From NCBI GenBank assembly GCA_012514745.1, contig JAAYZR010000031.1, positions 1,371-65,370 of the forward strand: 64,000 bases of DNA, given 5' to 3'. How positions within the stretch are numbered: position 1 is the first letter of the stretch; every line of letters starts with the position of its first letter. Both the position numbers and the translations under genes were made by a program. Of this stretch, positions 1 to 13,369 are shown piece after piece. The notes under the pieces are model-generated. The model made no database searches and was not told where the DNA came from. It saw only the letters and a program-made list of their open reading frames with translations. The DNA comes from Candidatus Undivivens industriae. Lineage in GTDB: Bacteria > Omnitrophota > Gorgyraeia > Gygaellales > Profunditerraquicolaceae.

Positions 1-1
1 G

Positions 2-406
2 CAGGCGGGCATTATTTTTAATATCGTCTTCTTTATTGTTATTGCCTCGGTTCTTATCCAGGGGACATCCATTCCGGTCGTTGCGAAGTTACTTAGATTG
101 GATCTTCCCTGGGCTAATAAAACGCGGTATCCTATCGAATTCGAAAAAACAGAAGGTATTGATGCGAAACTTAATGATTTAATCGTGCCTTATAACTCGG
201 AAGCCATCGGCAAGGCTATCCGCGAGCTGAACGTTCCCGAAAAATGCCTGATTATGCTTATTTCCAGAAATGATAGATTTGTTATTCCGTCCGGTTCTAC
301 AGTGATACAAGGTGGAGATGTGTTGTTGGTATTGGCTAATGCGGAAGATTTATCGGCTTTGAATAATACAGTAGCTCATATTAAAAAAGAGGAAAGCGGC
401 AGTTAG
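2..406 (+). CDS. C-terminal part of a cation:proton antiporter (CPA/NhaP-KefB type) ending in a TrkA-C (RCK_C) regulatory domain; the 5' end is cut by the window edge
   Basis: Open frame runs from the window edge. A hydrophobic TM-like stretch (IIFNIVFFIVIASVLIQGTSIPV) is followed by a TrkA-C-like domain (IEFEKTEGIDAKL...VIQGGDVLLVLANAED). Confidence 0.6.
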   Translation, partial: QAGIIFNIVFFIVIASVLIQGTSIPVVAKLLRLDLPWANKTRYPIEFEKTEGIDAKLNDLIVPYNSEAIGKAIRELNVPEKCLIMLISRNDRFVIPSGSTVIQGGDVLLVLANAEDLSALNNTVAHIKKEESGS

Positions 407-417
407 AGGGTGGATCT

Positions 418-954
418 ATGTTACCCGTTGGGCCTTTACTGATTGAGCATAGGCTTATAGAGCGTATGATCGCTCTTATGGCTAAGGAAACGCGGAGGAT
501 CGAACAAAGTCTTGATCCGGATACGGAATTTATCCGGACAGCGATTGATTTTATAAAGACATATGCGGATCGTCTCCATCACGGCAAGGAAGAAGATATT
601 TTGTTCAGGGACTTGGCTAAAAAGCAATTATCGCAAGAGCATAAAAGGATTATGGATGAGCTTGTAAAAGAACACGCTCTCGCCAGAGAGAACACCGGAA
701 AGCTCGTTGAAGCCCGGAATAAATATCTCGCAGGAGAAAAAGGCTCGGTCAAGGTGATGATCGAGAATATGGAGATTCTCGCGAAATTCTACCCCAAGCA
801 TATTGAGAAAGAGGATAAACATTTCTTTATACCGGCGATGAATTATTTTTCCAAAGACGAACAATCCGCCATGTTGGCCGAGTTTAATGACTTTGACCGG
901 CAGTTTATTCATGCTACATATAATAATATTGTTTCGGAATGGGAGAAGAAATGA
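418..954 (+). CDS. hemerythrin-like (HHE cation-binding) domain protein
   Basis: ATG start. It has an H..E motif (HHGKEEDIL), repeated His/Glu pairs, and a helical composition typical of hemerythrin-like metal-binding proteins. Confidence 0.55.
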   Translation: MLPVGPLLIEHRLIERMIALMAKETRRIEQSLDPDTEFIRTAIDFIKTYADRLHHGKEEDILFRDLAKKQLSQEHKRIMDELVKEHALARENTGKLVEARNKYLAGEKGSVKVMIENMEILAKFYPKHIEKEDKHFFIPAMNYFSKDEQSAMLAEFNDFDRQFIHATYNNIVSEWEKK

Positions 955-1277
955 GTAGAAACAAGTTACTGGCAAAGGCATTCGTTCTGGCGGATTTACT
1001 TGAGTATCAGGCTGATTCGGTCGTCAGCCAAGAGATCGTGAAAAAGGATACTGGGACCATCACTTTATTCGCTTTTGACAAGGGACAAGGATTAAGCGAA
1101 CATACGGCTCCGTTTGACGCTTTGGCGTATATTGCTGACGGCCGGGCGGAAATTAAGATTTCCGGGAATCCCTCTATCGTAAAAAAAGGCGGGATGATCA
1201 TTATGCCTGCCAATAAACCCCATGCTTTGAAAGCAGTGCAGAAATTCAAGATGCTCTTGGTTATGCTCAAGAGTTAA
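951..1277 (+). CDS. cupin domain protein
   Basis: ATGA start/stop overlap with the upstream gene. Small ~108-aa beta-barrel-like sequence with a conserved G..H..(A/P)..KPH pattern. Confidence 0.5.
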   Translation: MSRNKLLAKAFVLADLLEYQADSVVSQEIVKKDTGTITLFAFDKGQGLSEHTAPFDALAYIADGRAEIKISGNPSIVKKGGMIIMPANKPHALKAVQKFKMLLVMLKS

Positions 1278-1282
1278 ACACG

Positions 1283-1621
1283 ATGATAAAAATAAAAAGA
1301 GTTTACGAGGCTCCTGCAAATAACGATGGTTTTAGAGTCCTCGTGGATAGATTATGGCCGAGAGGCGTGAGCAAAGAGAAAGCAGAAATCGATCTTTGGC
1401 TAAAAGATATTGCCCCAAGCGACAGCTTAAGGAAATGGTTTGCCCATGATGCGGCAAAATGGGCTATATTTAAGCAGAAGTATTTTTCGGAGTTGGGGAA
1501 TAAAAAAGATCTTATCGGCGAAATTAAGAGGAGAGCGAAAGACGGCGTGACGCTGTTGTATGCCGCTAAAGACGAACAGCATAATAATGCACAGGCATTA
1601 AAAGAATATATTGAAACATAA
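1283..1621 (+). CDS. DUF488 (YeaO-like) family protein
   Basis: MIKIKRVYE...[31 protein letters not shown]...LRKWFAHD is the characteristic DUF488 N-terminus. Confidence 0.6.
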   Translation: MIKIKRVYEAPANNDGFRVLVDRLWPRGVSKEKAEIDLWLKDIAPSDSLRKWFAHDAAKWAIFKQKYFSELGNKKDLIGEIKRRAKDGVTLLYAAKDEQHNNAQALKEYIET

Positions 1622-2115
1622 TAGTGAAAAAGTATGCGTTGTCATAAACATTTTAGGTCTTGACCAAGAAACAAAAAAGATGGCCGCAACCACTCGGTTG
1701 CGATTGAAGGACAAGCCTTTTCTGACCTATCTGATCCATCGAGTTTTTAGCAATCTTTTTACTGTGACATGCTGCGGTATCTTAGTGTGACACGATTTCA
1801 GTCATCCCCGCAATACAGCCTTTACAGATTGCGAATTGGATTGACAAATTTGTAAAGCCGGATTAAACAGTTGAGCAAGAAGCGCCCTGATAGAACATCA
1901 GATTAAACGGCGGCGGTAGGCTGATCATTAGGTTGCGCACCTCATGAAGCCATTGATCACATTTCTTGTTTTGAGCATATAAAGCCTCCCAAGGTATTAC
2001 TTATCCCGTATATCCTTTGGGTAAGCTTTGCCGTTATTCTTAATGGGGCGTTTGCTTTATTGAATTAAGTTCCGGGGACGTACAAGACACAATTCACCGG
2101 TGAAAGGGATGTGCG

Positions 2116-2643
2116 GTGCAGATAGACACAGAGCGGTTATGTATCCTGCCGTTCACGCTCGATCTTATCGACGCGGCGGAACGGAATGATCCGACTATGT
2201 ATGAACGGCTGCGCATCGTGCCGGACCGTGAATGGCCGGAGCCTGACCTCAAGAACGCGCTGCCGGTCTTTCGTGCCGAGATCGCGCGCGAGGGGGTCAC
2301 GGGTTTCGGCCCCTGGATCATTCTGGGCCGGCAGCGGGAGATCGTCGGGAGTGCCGGGTTTCTGGGCAAGCCGCAGGACGGGGTCGTCGAGATCGGGTTC
2401 GGTATACTCTTGGGAAAGCGGCGCAACGGGTATTGTGCGGAGGCTATTTCGGCGTTGATCAACTGGGGCAGGGGTCAGCCCGCGGTCCGTCGGATCATCG
2501 CGCGCTGTGAAAAAAATAATCCGGCGTCGCGTCATGCGTTGGCGAAGATCGGATTTACACTGGTACGGGAAGACGGCGATTTGTTGGAGTGGGTGTTCGC
2601 CGAAAAAAACGTTGACAGTCATCTAAAAGGGGAAGGTGGATGA
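2116..2643 (+). CDS. GNAT family N-acetyltransferase (RimJ/RimL-like)
   Basis: GTG start. Acetyl-CoA motif region (GKRRNGYCAEAISALINWG...RIIARCEKNNPASRHALAKIGF). Local GC is about 62%, much higher than the flanks. Confidence 0.7.
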   Translation: MQIDTERLCILPFTLDLIDAAERNDPTMYERLRIVPDREWPEPDLKNALPVFRAEIAREGVTGFGPWIILGRQREIVGSAGFLGKPQDGVVEIGFGILLGKRRNGYCAEAISALINWGRGQPAVRRIIARCEKNNPASRHALAKIGFTLVREDGDLLEWVFAEKNVDSHLKGEGG

Positions 2644-2682
2644 TCAATCAATGAGTGTCCCCGAAAAAGTAAAGTGACGGTC

Positions 2683-2712
2683 ACCTTTATCTTTTCTGCT
2701 CTCTTTGGGGTG
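2683..2712 (+). terminator. perfect inverted repeat gtgacGgtcac followed by a T-rich tract, just downstream of the GNAT gene
   Basis: Palindrome followed by tttatcttttctgc. Confidence 0.4.
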
Positions 2713-3016
2713 ATGAATATTCCCATTGTTTTTTGTTTAGGTATAATGAGACTTAAAAATGAGGAGCGGAAGGTGTTGGAAAGGAATATTCTGAAAAAGG
2801 GGAATTAACGGCTGAAGTGGTTTATAAAGATGGGAATAAGATTGACAAAAATGAAAAGAAGGAAAACTCGGTCAACAAAAACTAGTTAATTGTATCAAAC
2901 GGGTTCTAACTTGGTCCACCCATCGACCCCATATTTAACTCTCAAGCGAACCGAGGCTCTTGCGGGCCGCAAGAGCGTGAGGGTTTTAATTCCAAGATAA
3001 ATAGAGAGGGGGGTAA

Positions 3017-3715
3017 ATGAAATATCTAATAATCGCAGGGTTTATTACGTGCCTGGCAGTCGCTTTTATTTGCGGCGGGACGTTAGCACAAGGAGGAAAG
3101 CCGATGAAAGTTGATAACAATGCTGTATATGAATTACCGCCGTTACCTTATCCGCCGGAGGCATTGGAGCCGGTAATTTCCGCCAATACTTTGAGCTTTC
3201 ATTACGGCAAACATCACAAGGGATATGTTGATAATTTGAATAAGCTTATAGCAGGAAGCGAGTTGGCCGGACTGTCCCTGGAGAACATTATTACCGAGAC
3301 CGCCGGTAAAACGGACAAAGCAGCGATCTTCAACAATGCCGCCCAGGTATGGAACCATAGCTTTTATTGGAAGTGCCTGATTCCCGGAGGAAGTTCAATC
3401 CCGGCGGCATTACAAGCAAGAATCGAAGAGTCATTCGGCAGTGTTGAGGCCTGTAAAAAGGAATTAAGCGCCGCGGCTGTCAGCCAATTCGGCAGCGGTT
3501 GGGCCTGGCTTGTGCTGGATGGAGAGAAGCTTAAGGTCATTAAGACCGCTAATGCCGATTCACCGTTAACCAGGGGAATGAAGCCGTTATTGACTATTGA
3601 TGTCTGGGAGCATGCCTATTATCTGGATTATCAGAACCGCCGTCCGGAGCATGTCAACGCCATAATTGAGAAATTGCTTAACTGGGAATTTGCGGCAGCC
3701 AACCTGGGTAAATAA
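3017..3715 (+). CDS. sodB: Fe/Mn superoxide dismutase with N-terminal signal peptide (periplasmic/secreted)
   Basis: Strong GGGGGG Shine-Dalgarno before the ATG. Metal-ligand region HHx[11 protein letters not shown] motif, and a full-length SOD fold. N-terminal hydrophobic signal [25 protein letters not shown]. Confidence 0.9.
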   Translation: MKYLIIAGFITCLAVAFICGGTLAQGGKPMKVDNNAVYELPPLPYPPEALEPVISANTLSFHYGKHHKGYVDNLNKLIAGSELAGLSLENIITETAGKTDKAAIFNNAAQVWNHSFYWKCLIPGGSSIPAALQARIEESFGSVEACKKELSAAAVSQFGSGWAWLVLDGEKLKVIKTANADSPLTRGMKPLLTIDVWEHAYYLDYQNRRPEHVNAIIEKLLNWEFAAANLGK

Positions 3716-3794
3716 TATTTAGGGGAATGGGCGTTAGAAGCGCCGAAATCATTTCTTTTGAGCCTATTATAATCTTTTTATCAACCCGCAGAAG

Positions 3795-3844
3795 TCCCCG
3801 GCTTTCAAGCCGGATTTAGCACCTTGGCTAATTGGAAAGCCAGG
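3795..3844. repeat. two adjacent small hairpin repeats after sod: tccccggctttcaagccgga and accttggctaattggaaagccagg
   Basis: Both belong to repeat families seen elsewhere in the window (CCCGG-hairpin family; ACCTTRGC..TTGGAA family at 53812-54025). Confidence 0.5.
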
Positions 3845-3928
3845 ATAATTAATTGACAATTATTTCTACCGCAAGAAATTCAATAAACCGTTTTTTTATA
3901 ATCCTATCGAAGAGTTAAGGCAGGCGAG

Positions 3929-5275
3929 ATGGCGCTTTTAGTCAAAGACAGGGTTTCCTCTACTGTTATACGCATGGCTGTTCCGATGTTAGCCGGGACA
4001 TTTGCCATGAACGCGTATAATTTGGTCGATACCTGGTTTGTGTCGCGGCTTGGTACCAACGCCCTGGCGGCAATGTCATTCACGTTCCCGGTTGTTATGC
4101 TTCTTGGTTTTATTATGCGCGGGCTGGGGACCGGGGCGATGACAGTAGTGGCGCATGCCTTAGGCAGGGGGAAACATAAGACCGCCGCGCGCATTACGAC
4201 GCATGCGGCTTTTTTGTCTTCAAGCGTAGCCGTAGCCTTAACAGTAATCGGGCTCTTGACGATCAAGCCGGTCTTTATGCGTTTGGGCGCAGAAGGGCAG
4301 ACCTTAGCGCTGACGCAGCAATATATGTCGATATGGTATTATGGGTTGCTTCCCAGGGTCTTGCATATGATGTTCGCCGATGTCATTATCGGTACCGGCC
4401 ACACTAAGGCAGTAAGTTTTCTTATGGTTTTTGGCACCGTGCTGAATTTTATCCTTGACCCTATTATGATCTTCGGGTTGTGGGGGTTCCCGAGCATGGG
4501 GATAAGGGGAGCGGCGCTGGCTACAGTTATTTCCGAAACTATCATATTGATCGCGGTATTCCTATTTGTCCATAGAAGGTATCACCTAATTGTTTTTGCT
4601 TCGCATTCGCTTGGCCGTATTGCGGCTTCCTGGCGCAGGATCCTGTATATCGGTGTCCCCACTACATTAAGCTCTGTCCTGGTCCCGTTATCCGCGATGA
4701 TCGTGATCAAGATAGTCTCCGGGTTTGGCGAGGCCGCGGTTGCCGCTGTCGGGGTTGCCAGCCGCATCGAGATGTTTGCGTTTATGGTCCCTATGACCGT
4801 AGGGATGTCCTTAGTCCCGTTTGTTGCGCAGAATTACGGGGCCGGGCGTTTTGACCGGATAAAGACTGTGCGCAAAGGTGCGATGCTTTTTGCGCTTAGT
4901 TTCGGTTTTATTATTGCAGCGGTTTTTTTGTTTGTCGCGCGGCCCCTGGGCAAACTGTTTTCTTCCGATCCCGAAGTGATCAATATCCTGGTACGCTACA
5001 TTTACATTACTTGTTTCGGCTATGGCTTCCTGGAAGTGCATCGTTATGCTACTTTCTGTTTTACCGGGATACATAAACCGCTTTTTTCCGCTTCGCTGAC
5101 CGCGATCCGCGTGGTTGTCTTGATGATACCTTTGGCCTATTTCGGCGCGAGGCTCTTTGGCATCAACGGTATTTTTTGGGGCAGGCTGTTGACAGATATA
5201 CTGTCCGCTGTTATAGGAATTATATGGACAGGCAGGATCATTAAGAAAGCCGCCGGCAATTCTTATGTTAAATAA
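3929..5275 (+). CDS. MATE family multidrug/oligosaccharidyl-lipid/polysaccharide efflux transporter
   Basis: 448 aa with about 12 predicted TM helices and the MATE signature N-terminus (MAVPMLAGTFAMNAYNLVDTWFVSRLG). Confidence 0.85.
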   Translation: MALLVKDRVSSTVIRMAVPMLAGTFAMNAYNLVDTWFVSRLGTNALAAMSFTFPVVMLLGFIMRGLGTGAMTVVAHALGRGKHKTAARITTHAAFLSSSVAVALTVIGLLTIKPVFMRLGAEGQTLALTQQYMSIWYYGLLPRVLHMMFADVIIGTGHTKAVSFLMVFGTVLNFILDPIMIFGLWGFPSMGIRGAALATVISETIILIAVFLFVHRRYHLIVFASHSLGRIAASWRRILYIGVPTTLSSVLVPLSAMIVIKIVSGFGEAAVAAVGVASRIEMFAFMVPMTVGMSLVPFVAQNYGAGRFDRIKTVRKGAMLFALSFGFIIAAVFLFVARPLGKLFSSDPEVINILVRYIYITCFGYGFLEVHRYATFCFTGIHKPLFSASLTAIRVVVLMIPLAYFGARLFGINGIFWGRLLTDILSAVIGIIWTGRIIKKAAGNSYVK

Positions 5276-5276
5276 A

Positions 5277-6563
5277 ATGCGTGAACTTGATAAAAAATCC
5301 GTAATGACATATTGGAAATCTATCTTTATTTTCTGCTTCATTGCGCCGCTGTTCCTGCTTTCCCCGGCCGATTCCCAGGCCCGGGATACAGGTAAAATAG
5401 ATGTTGCCGATATGGATATGGGAAGGGCATTGCTGGATAAGTATAGTTTTATGGCCCAGCCTTACAGTTTCTATTACTTTCATAATATGGATAAACTGGG
5501 TTTTGAGTTGGACTGGGTGTATAGAAGAGGGGAAGTTTTTATCCTTAAAGAACCTAAGGAGATTTTTACGACAGGCTACACTTTTGGCGGCAAGCATTAT
5601 AGTCTGGAAGATTATTTTAAGAGAAATTTCGTCCTGGGGTTTCTGATCCTTCATGATGATCAGGTTATACTTGAGAAATATTTTCACGGGGCGCTTTCCC
5701 GATCGCGTTTTATCTCCAATTCAGTTGTTAAATCCTTTATATCTATTCTGATCGGTATCGCTGTCGAAGAAGGGAAGATAAAAAATGTTAACGACCCGGT
5801 TACGCAATATCTCCCTTATCTTGCAAACAGCGGTTTCAGGGAGGTTAGCATCAAGGACCTTTTACAGATGTCCTCCGGAGTCCAATGGGATGAAGAGGAT
5901 TATCTAAAGCCCGGCTGCGATTTTAATCGTTATGTGCCCGCCTGGCTGCGCGGAGAAACTTCTCTTAAGGATCTGGCGGTTTCCTGTAAGACTAAAGAGA
6001 AGCCCGGAGAACGGTTCCAATATAAAAGTATTGATACCGAAGTGTTGGGGCAGGTTCTCGAAGCGGCAACCGGAATGCCCTTAAATAAGTATTTAGAAGA
6101 GAAACTTTGGGGTAGAATCGGGGCAGAGAATAACGCGTTCTTTTGCCGCGGCAAGACGCAACCTCAAACTCCCGCCGCAGTCGGGTTTAACGCTACGCTT
6201 CGGGATTACGGACGATTTGGCCTGATGGTTATGAATAACGGGAAGCTGGCGAGCCAAAAATTTATAGATGAGAGATGGATACAGGATTCTACTACGCCGG
6301 CAGGCATATCCTGGCAGCCGCAATCTGCGGGGCCCAACGATGAGTTCTCGGAAAATATGGGTTATGGTTATCAATGGTGGCTGATACCCGGAGACGACCA
6401 TGTTTTTATGGCCCTCGGTATTTATGGACAGGCGATCTATATTAATCCCAAACGTCGGATTGTTATTGTGCAGTCCAGTGCCTGGCCTAATCCGGATAGC
6501 CAAGCCAATTGGGATGAAATGATCAAGGTTATGGAAACAATCGCCCGCAAAGTGAATCCCTAA
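5277..6563 (+). CDS. secreted serine hydrolase of the beta-lactamase/PBP (class C-like) family
   Basis: Signal peptide (MTYWKSIFIFCFIAPLFLLSPADSQA), S-x-x-K motif (SNSVVKS), beta-lactamase-like fold length. The start could be 5265, 5277 or 5304. Confidence 0.65.
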   Translation: MRELDKKSVMTYWKSIFIFCFIAPLFLLSPADSQARDTGKIDVADMDMGRALLDKYSFMAQPYSFYYFHNMDKLGFELDWVYRRGEVFILKEPKEIFTTGYTFGGKHYSLEDYFKRNFVLGFLILHDDQVILEKYFHGALSRSRFISNSVVKSFISILIGIAVEEGKIKNVNDPVTQYLPYLANSGFREVSIKDLLQMSSGVQWDEEDYLKPGCDFNRYVPAWLRGETSLKDLAVSCKTKEKPGERFQYKSIDTEVLGQVLEAATGMPLNKYLEEKLWGRIGAENNAFFCRGKTQPQTPAAVGFNATLRDYGRFGLMVMNNGKLASQKFIDERWIQDSTTPAGISWQPQSAGPNDEFSENMGYGYQWWLIPGDDHVFMALGIYGQAIYINPKRRIVIVQSSAWPNPDSQANWDEMIKVMETIARKVNP

Positions 6564-6577
6564 AAGAAAGGAATTTT

Positions 6578-7318
6578 ATGCTTTTCACTCATTTAGCGAG
6601 AAAATTAACCGTCGTTTTTGTTTATCTTTTAATGATTATTTCGGCCCAAGTTCACGCGGAAAATCTGACGCAAACAATCTGGGATGAAAATTACGGATTT
6701 TATCAAAAGATACTGGATCTGCCGTTTAACCAAAAGGTCTCGGACGGCACGCTTGATGAAAAAATATTCAAGAATTACATCATACAGGACTATATTTTTC
6801 TCCAGAACTTTAAAAAGGTTTACGGGATACTCTTGTCAAAAGCCCCGGACCGGAAGAGTTCGGCATTCATAACTGATTTGATGAAAGGGGTCGATGAAGA
6901 GATCGAAGCTGTGCATACGATATATTTTAAAAAATTCGGCGTGACGAAAGAGGAATTATCAGGCGTTCTTCCTAATCCAGGCACGGAACTTTATAATTCA
7001 TACCTGGTGGAAGTCGCTACACTGGAGCCGTTCCAGGTCGGATTGATCGCTACCTTGCCGTGCAATTGGATTTATTATCAGGTTGGGGTCGATATGAAGA
7101 AGAGGGGGCAGGCGGGCGGCAATAAATATCAGGAATGGATTGACGCGTACGGATCAGAGACTTGGGAGAAAAGTGATGCCAAGGCTTTTGTCGATCTGGT
7201 CGAGTCCTACATGAAGAATGCCGCGCCCGCGGACAGAGAAAAGATGAGACAGGCGTATGAAACCGCGATGAAGTTGGAATATATGTTTTGGGAAGAAGTT
7301 TACCGGCAGCCAATATAG
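6578..7318 (+). CDS. tenA: TenA/THI-4 family thiaminase II (aminopyrimidine aminohydrolase) with predicted signal peptide
   Basis: IQDYIFLQNF and ATLPCNWIYYQVG (active-site Cys region) match TenA. N-terminal hydrophobic leader ending AQVHA. Confidence 0.65.
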   Translation: MLFTHLARKLTVVFVYLLMIISAQVHAENLTQTIWDENYGFYQKILDLPFNQKVSDGTLDEKIFKNYIIQDYIFLQNFKKVYGILLSKAPDRKSSAFITDLMKGVDEEIEAVHTIYFKKFGVTKEELSGVLPNPGTELYNSYLVEVATLEPFQVGLIATLPCNWIYYQVGVDMKKRGQAGGNKYQEWIDAYGSETWEKSDAKAFVDLVESYMKNAAPADREKMRQAYETAMKLEYMFWEEVYRQPI

Positions 7319-7426
7319 AGGCATGGAGCGGAAGTTCCGCGTTTATTTTACAAAGACTATTGTCTATCCTTCACGGTGTTCCGGCTCCAAGCATCTTCTG
7401 CGGCTGGTGGATAGAGAAAGGATGCC

Positions 7427-8494
7427 ATGATTAAAACCAGAATAATCTGCACGCTCGGACCGAATTCTTCGAGCCGGACAATACTCAGGAAGATGATGCT
7501 TGCGGGGATGGACGTGGGACGTCTGAATTTTTCCCATGGCAAAGCGCGGGAATTACTTCATAAAATAAGTCTCATCCGGGCTCTGAATTCCAAATACCGC
7601 AGGCGCATAAAACTTCTCGGGGATTTGCAGGGGCATCGCGTAAGGATAGGTGAACTCTCGGCTCCGCTGGAGCTTGATAAACGAAAAATATTCTGGCTTA
7701 CCCGGCAAAGAATAAAAGGGACTTCAGAGAAGGTATCTTTTGATTACCAGGGTCCGTTGAAGGCCATAAAAAACGGATATTTTATATTCATAGACGACGG
7801 GAATATATGCTTAGAGGTAATCGGCAGGACGAGAAACAGCCTGAAGACAAAAGTAATCGTCGGCGGATTGCTGAAAGCGCATAAAGGGGTAAATATCCCG
7901 CAGGCACGGCTTGAGTTCGGCGGCAAGCCGGAAGGCGGTGGTTTGGCTTCCGATAGCCAAAGCCATATCAGCCGGAAGGATGCGGAGGATATAATTTTCT
8001 GCGAAAAAAACGGCATTGAGTATATAGCGCAGTCATTCGTACGCACCGGCAAGGATATACTGGAGGTGAGAAAAATACTTGCTCCTGATTCGCGGTGCCG
8101 GATCATCGCTAAGATAGAGTGCCGGGAAGGCATAAAGAATATCGACGAAATAATCAAGGTCTCCGACGGAATTATGATAGCGCGGGGGGATATGGGGGTA
8201 TCGTTACCGATATACGAAATCCCCGTCATACAGAAGATAATCATCAAGAAATGCAACCGCGCGGGAAAATTTGTCATTACTGCCACGCAGATGCTTGAGA
8301 GCATGACCGAGAATCTCCGGCCTACGCGCGCGGAGACGACGGATGTGGCCAACGCAGTATTGGACGGGACGGATTTTGTGATGCTTTCCGCCGAAACCGC
8401 CACAGGCCGGTATCCGGTTGAGACAGTGGCTATGATGAACAATATCATCAAGTTTACCGAGAATTTTAAAAGGACGCAGAAGGCTTGTGGATAG
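7427..8494 (+). CDS. pyk: pyruvate kinase, short form (barrel domain only, C-terminal allosteric domain absent)
   Basis: IICTLGP...RLNFSHG N-terminus; MLESM...[32 protein letters not shown] active-site block. The ORF ends at 355 aa. Confidence 0.75.
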   Translation: MIKTRIICTLGPNSSSRTILRKMMLAGMDVGRLNFSHGKARELLHKISLIRALNSKYRRRIKLLGDLQGHRVRIGELSAPLELDKRKIFWLTRQRIKGTSEKVSFDYQGPLKAIKNGYFIFIDDGNICLEVIGRTRNSLKTKVIVGGLLKAHKGVNIPQARLEFGGKPEGGGLASDSQSHISRKDAEDIIFCEKNGIEYIAQSFVRTGKDILEVRKILAPDSRCRIIAKIECREGIKNIDEIIKVSDGIMIARGDMGVSLPIYEIPVIQKIIIKKCNRAGKFVITATQMLESMTENLRPTRAETTDVANAVLDGTDFVMLSAETATGRYPVETVAMMNNIIKFTENFKRTQKACG

Positions 8495-8796
8495 GAGGGT
8501 GTTTGCGGAGAGGACTTTAGCCAGAGGGGCTCCACTGACCATGGCCGCGCAAGCGGTTATAGGTCTTCTTATGTCTCTGTTCCCGTAAGAGTTAGCGCTG
8601 AACTTACAGGTCAAAAAGGTCAAAAAATGTATTATTATTGACAAATAATTTAAATAGAGGTAAATTAATATTTCTTATAAGCAAAATGCGGCAAAGAAGT
8701 TCGGGTTTATTTTACAAGGCCTCTTTTTTATGCCGATAGTGCCTGAAAAACAGGCAGAGCAGGAAAGTAAAGCGACTTTCTCACTCAAGGATAATT

Positions 8797-9621
8797 ATGA
8801 AGATAATAACTAAAGAAATTCTTGCGGATTGCCAGGGAACGCGGGTAGTAAAACTTACCGTTCACGCGCCGGATATCGCCGCTAAAGCCAGGGCAGGTCA
8901 ATTCGCGATGCTTATGGTCAAGGAAGAGGGGGAAAGGATCCCGCTTACTGTTGTAGAGACCGACCCGCAAAAAGGCACGATAACGCTTATTCTCCAGGAA
9001 ATAGGGTTGACCACAAAGTTCCTGGGCCGGATGGAACCCCGGGACTCGCTCTATTCTATTGTCGGTCCCCTGGGCCATCCCACGCATATAGCAAAATACG
9101 GCCGAGTAATACTTATAGGCGGGGGTGTGGGCATCGCGGAGATTTATCCGGTTGCCAGGGCGCTTAAAATCGCGGGCAATCAGGTAACTGCGATTATCGG
9201 CGCACGCACCAAAGAATTATTGATACTTGAACAGCAGCTAAAAGAAACTTGCGATGAATGCATCGTGATGACCGACGACGGCTCTTATGGCCGTAAAGGA
9301 TTCGTCACTGAAGCGCTCAAGGTGCTGCTCGATGCGGCGCGTTATGATTTAGTGTACGCAGTCGGGCCGGTGCCGATGATGCGCGCTGTCTCCGGGGTGG
9401 CTAAAACCGCGGGGGTCCGCGCGCTTGTTTCGCTTAACGCAATCATGGTTGACGGCACCGGCATGTGCGGCTGCTGCAGGGTAACGGTAGGCAAAGAGAC
9501 GAAGTTTAGCTGCGTTGACGGCCCGGAGTTCGATGCCGCCCTCGTTGATTGGCAGGAGTTATCAAACCGTAACAGTATTTATACTACGCACGAAAAACAT
9601 ATCTGTCGGCTTAAAGAGTAG
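8797..9621 (+). CDS. NfnA/SudB-like FAD/NAD(P)-binding, [2Fe-2S] electron-transfer subunit (ferredoxin-NADP+ oxidoreductase small subunit, PyrK-like)
   Basis: PyrK-like fold with C-terminal Cys cluster (GMCGCCRV...CVDGPEF). Immediately upstream of the GltD-like subunit. Confidence 0.75.
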   Translation: MKIITKEILADCQGTRVVKLTVHAPDIAAKARAGQFAMLMVKEEGERIPLTVVETDPQKGTITLILQEIGLTTKFLGRMEPRDSLYSIVGPLGHPTHIAKYGRVILIGGGVGIAEIYPVARALKIAGNQVTAIIGARTKELLILEQQLKETCDECIVMTDDGSYGRKGFVTEALKVLLDAARYDLVYAVGPVPMMRAVSGVAKTAGVRALVSLNAIMVDGTGMCGCCRVTVGKETKFSCVDGPEFDAALVDWQELSNRNSIYTTHEKHICRLKE

Positions 9622-9635
9622 GGAGCAGGTCGGTA

Positions 9636-12411
<2,776 letters not shown>

Positions 12412-12421
12412 TCCCGCGCCC

Positions 12422-12451
12422 GGAAATCCCCGGCTTTCAAGAGGGATTTTT
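12422..12451 (+). terminator. intrinsic terminator after gdhA (ggaaatcccc-loop-gggattttt)
   Basis: 9-bp stem plus U-run directly after the gdhA stop. Confidence 0.6.
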
Positions 12452-12648
12452 CCTGTATCTTACGACACGGGGTTAATTGAGAAAGAGACCCCGGGCTTTA
12501 ACCCGAAGGGCACCTATCTGATATTGCTTCTCTGATAATGAGGTGCCGCCGGTTAAGCAAGCTGGTTTTAGGTTAGAATGCGCGCATTTCCCGAACAAAC
12601 TTGTTTCTTCGTGGATGTGAAACCAGTTTCTTGAAAAAGGAGGGGACA

Positions 12649-13338
12649 ATGAAAGCGTGTTGCGCTGAGTTCTTCGGGACATTTTGGCTGGTTCTGGGAG
12701 GTTGTGGGAGCGCGGTCCTTGCCGCGGCATTTCCGGGTTTAGGTATCGGGCTGCTTGGTGTTTCTCTGGCGTTCGGCCTAACAGTATTAACAATGGCGTA
12801 TGCCGTCGGGCATATCTCGGGTTGTCATCTTAATCCGGCTGTTTCCATCGGATTATGGGCCGGCGGCCGTTTTCCGGCAAAAAAGCTGATACCTTACATT
12901 ATTGCCCAGGTCCTTGGCGGTATTGTCGCCGGAGGCGTTCTTTATGTGATCGCTACGGGAAAAGCCGGTTTTAGTCTCGCTTCCGGTTTTGCTTCCAATG
13001 GATATGGAGCGCATTCTCCCGGCGGGTATTCATTGCTGGCGGCATTGGTTACGGAAATAGTTATGACCATGGCTTTCTTGTTCATCATTATGGGCGCTAC
13101 GGATAAAAGGGCGCCGCAGGGTTTTGCTCCTATCGCCATCGGTCTGTGTTTGACTTTGATTCATTTGATCAGCATACCTGTTACCAATACATCGGTAAAC
13201 CCGGCGCGCAGTACCGGCGTAGCGTTGTTTGTCGGAGATTGGGCGATCGCGCAGCTTTGGTTATTCTGGGTAGCTCCGATAGCCGGAGCTTTAATCGGCG
13301 CCGTAGTATATCGCCTGGTAGGCCGGAAAGCTGAATAA
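12649..13338 (+). CDS. aqpZ: aquaporin Z (MIP family water channel)
   Basis: Two NPA boxes (HLNPAVS, NPARS) and six TM segments. Start at [15 protein letters not shown]. Confidence 0.9.
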   Translation: MKACCAEFFGTFWLVLGGCGSAVLAAAFPGLGIGLLGVSLAFGLTVLTMAYAVGHISGCHLNPAVSIGLWAGGRFPAKKLIPYIIAQVLGGIVAGGVLYVIATGKAGFSLASGFASNGYGAHSPGGYSLLAALVTEIVMTMAFLFIIMGATDKRAPQGFAPIAIGLCLTLIHLISIPVTNTSVNPARSTGVALFVGDWAIAQLWLFWVAPIAGALIGAVVYRLVGRKAE

Positions 13339-13369
13339 TTATTCGGGCGGCCGGTTTTAATGGCCGCGG

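Noticed and set aside
7744-8644. Minus-strand ORFs (263 and 146 aa) antisense to pyruvate kinase
   Set aside because: They overlap a conserved glycolytic gene and have no recognisable motifs. Antisense shadow ORFs.
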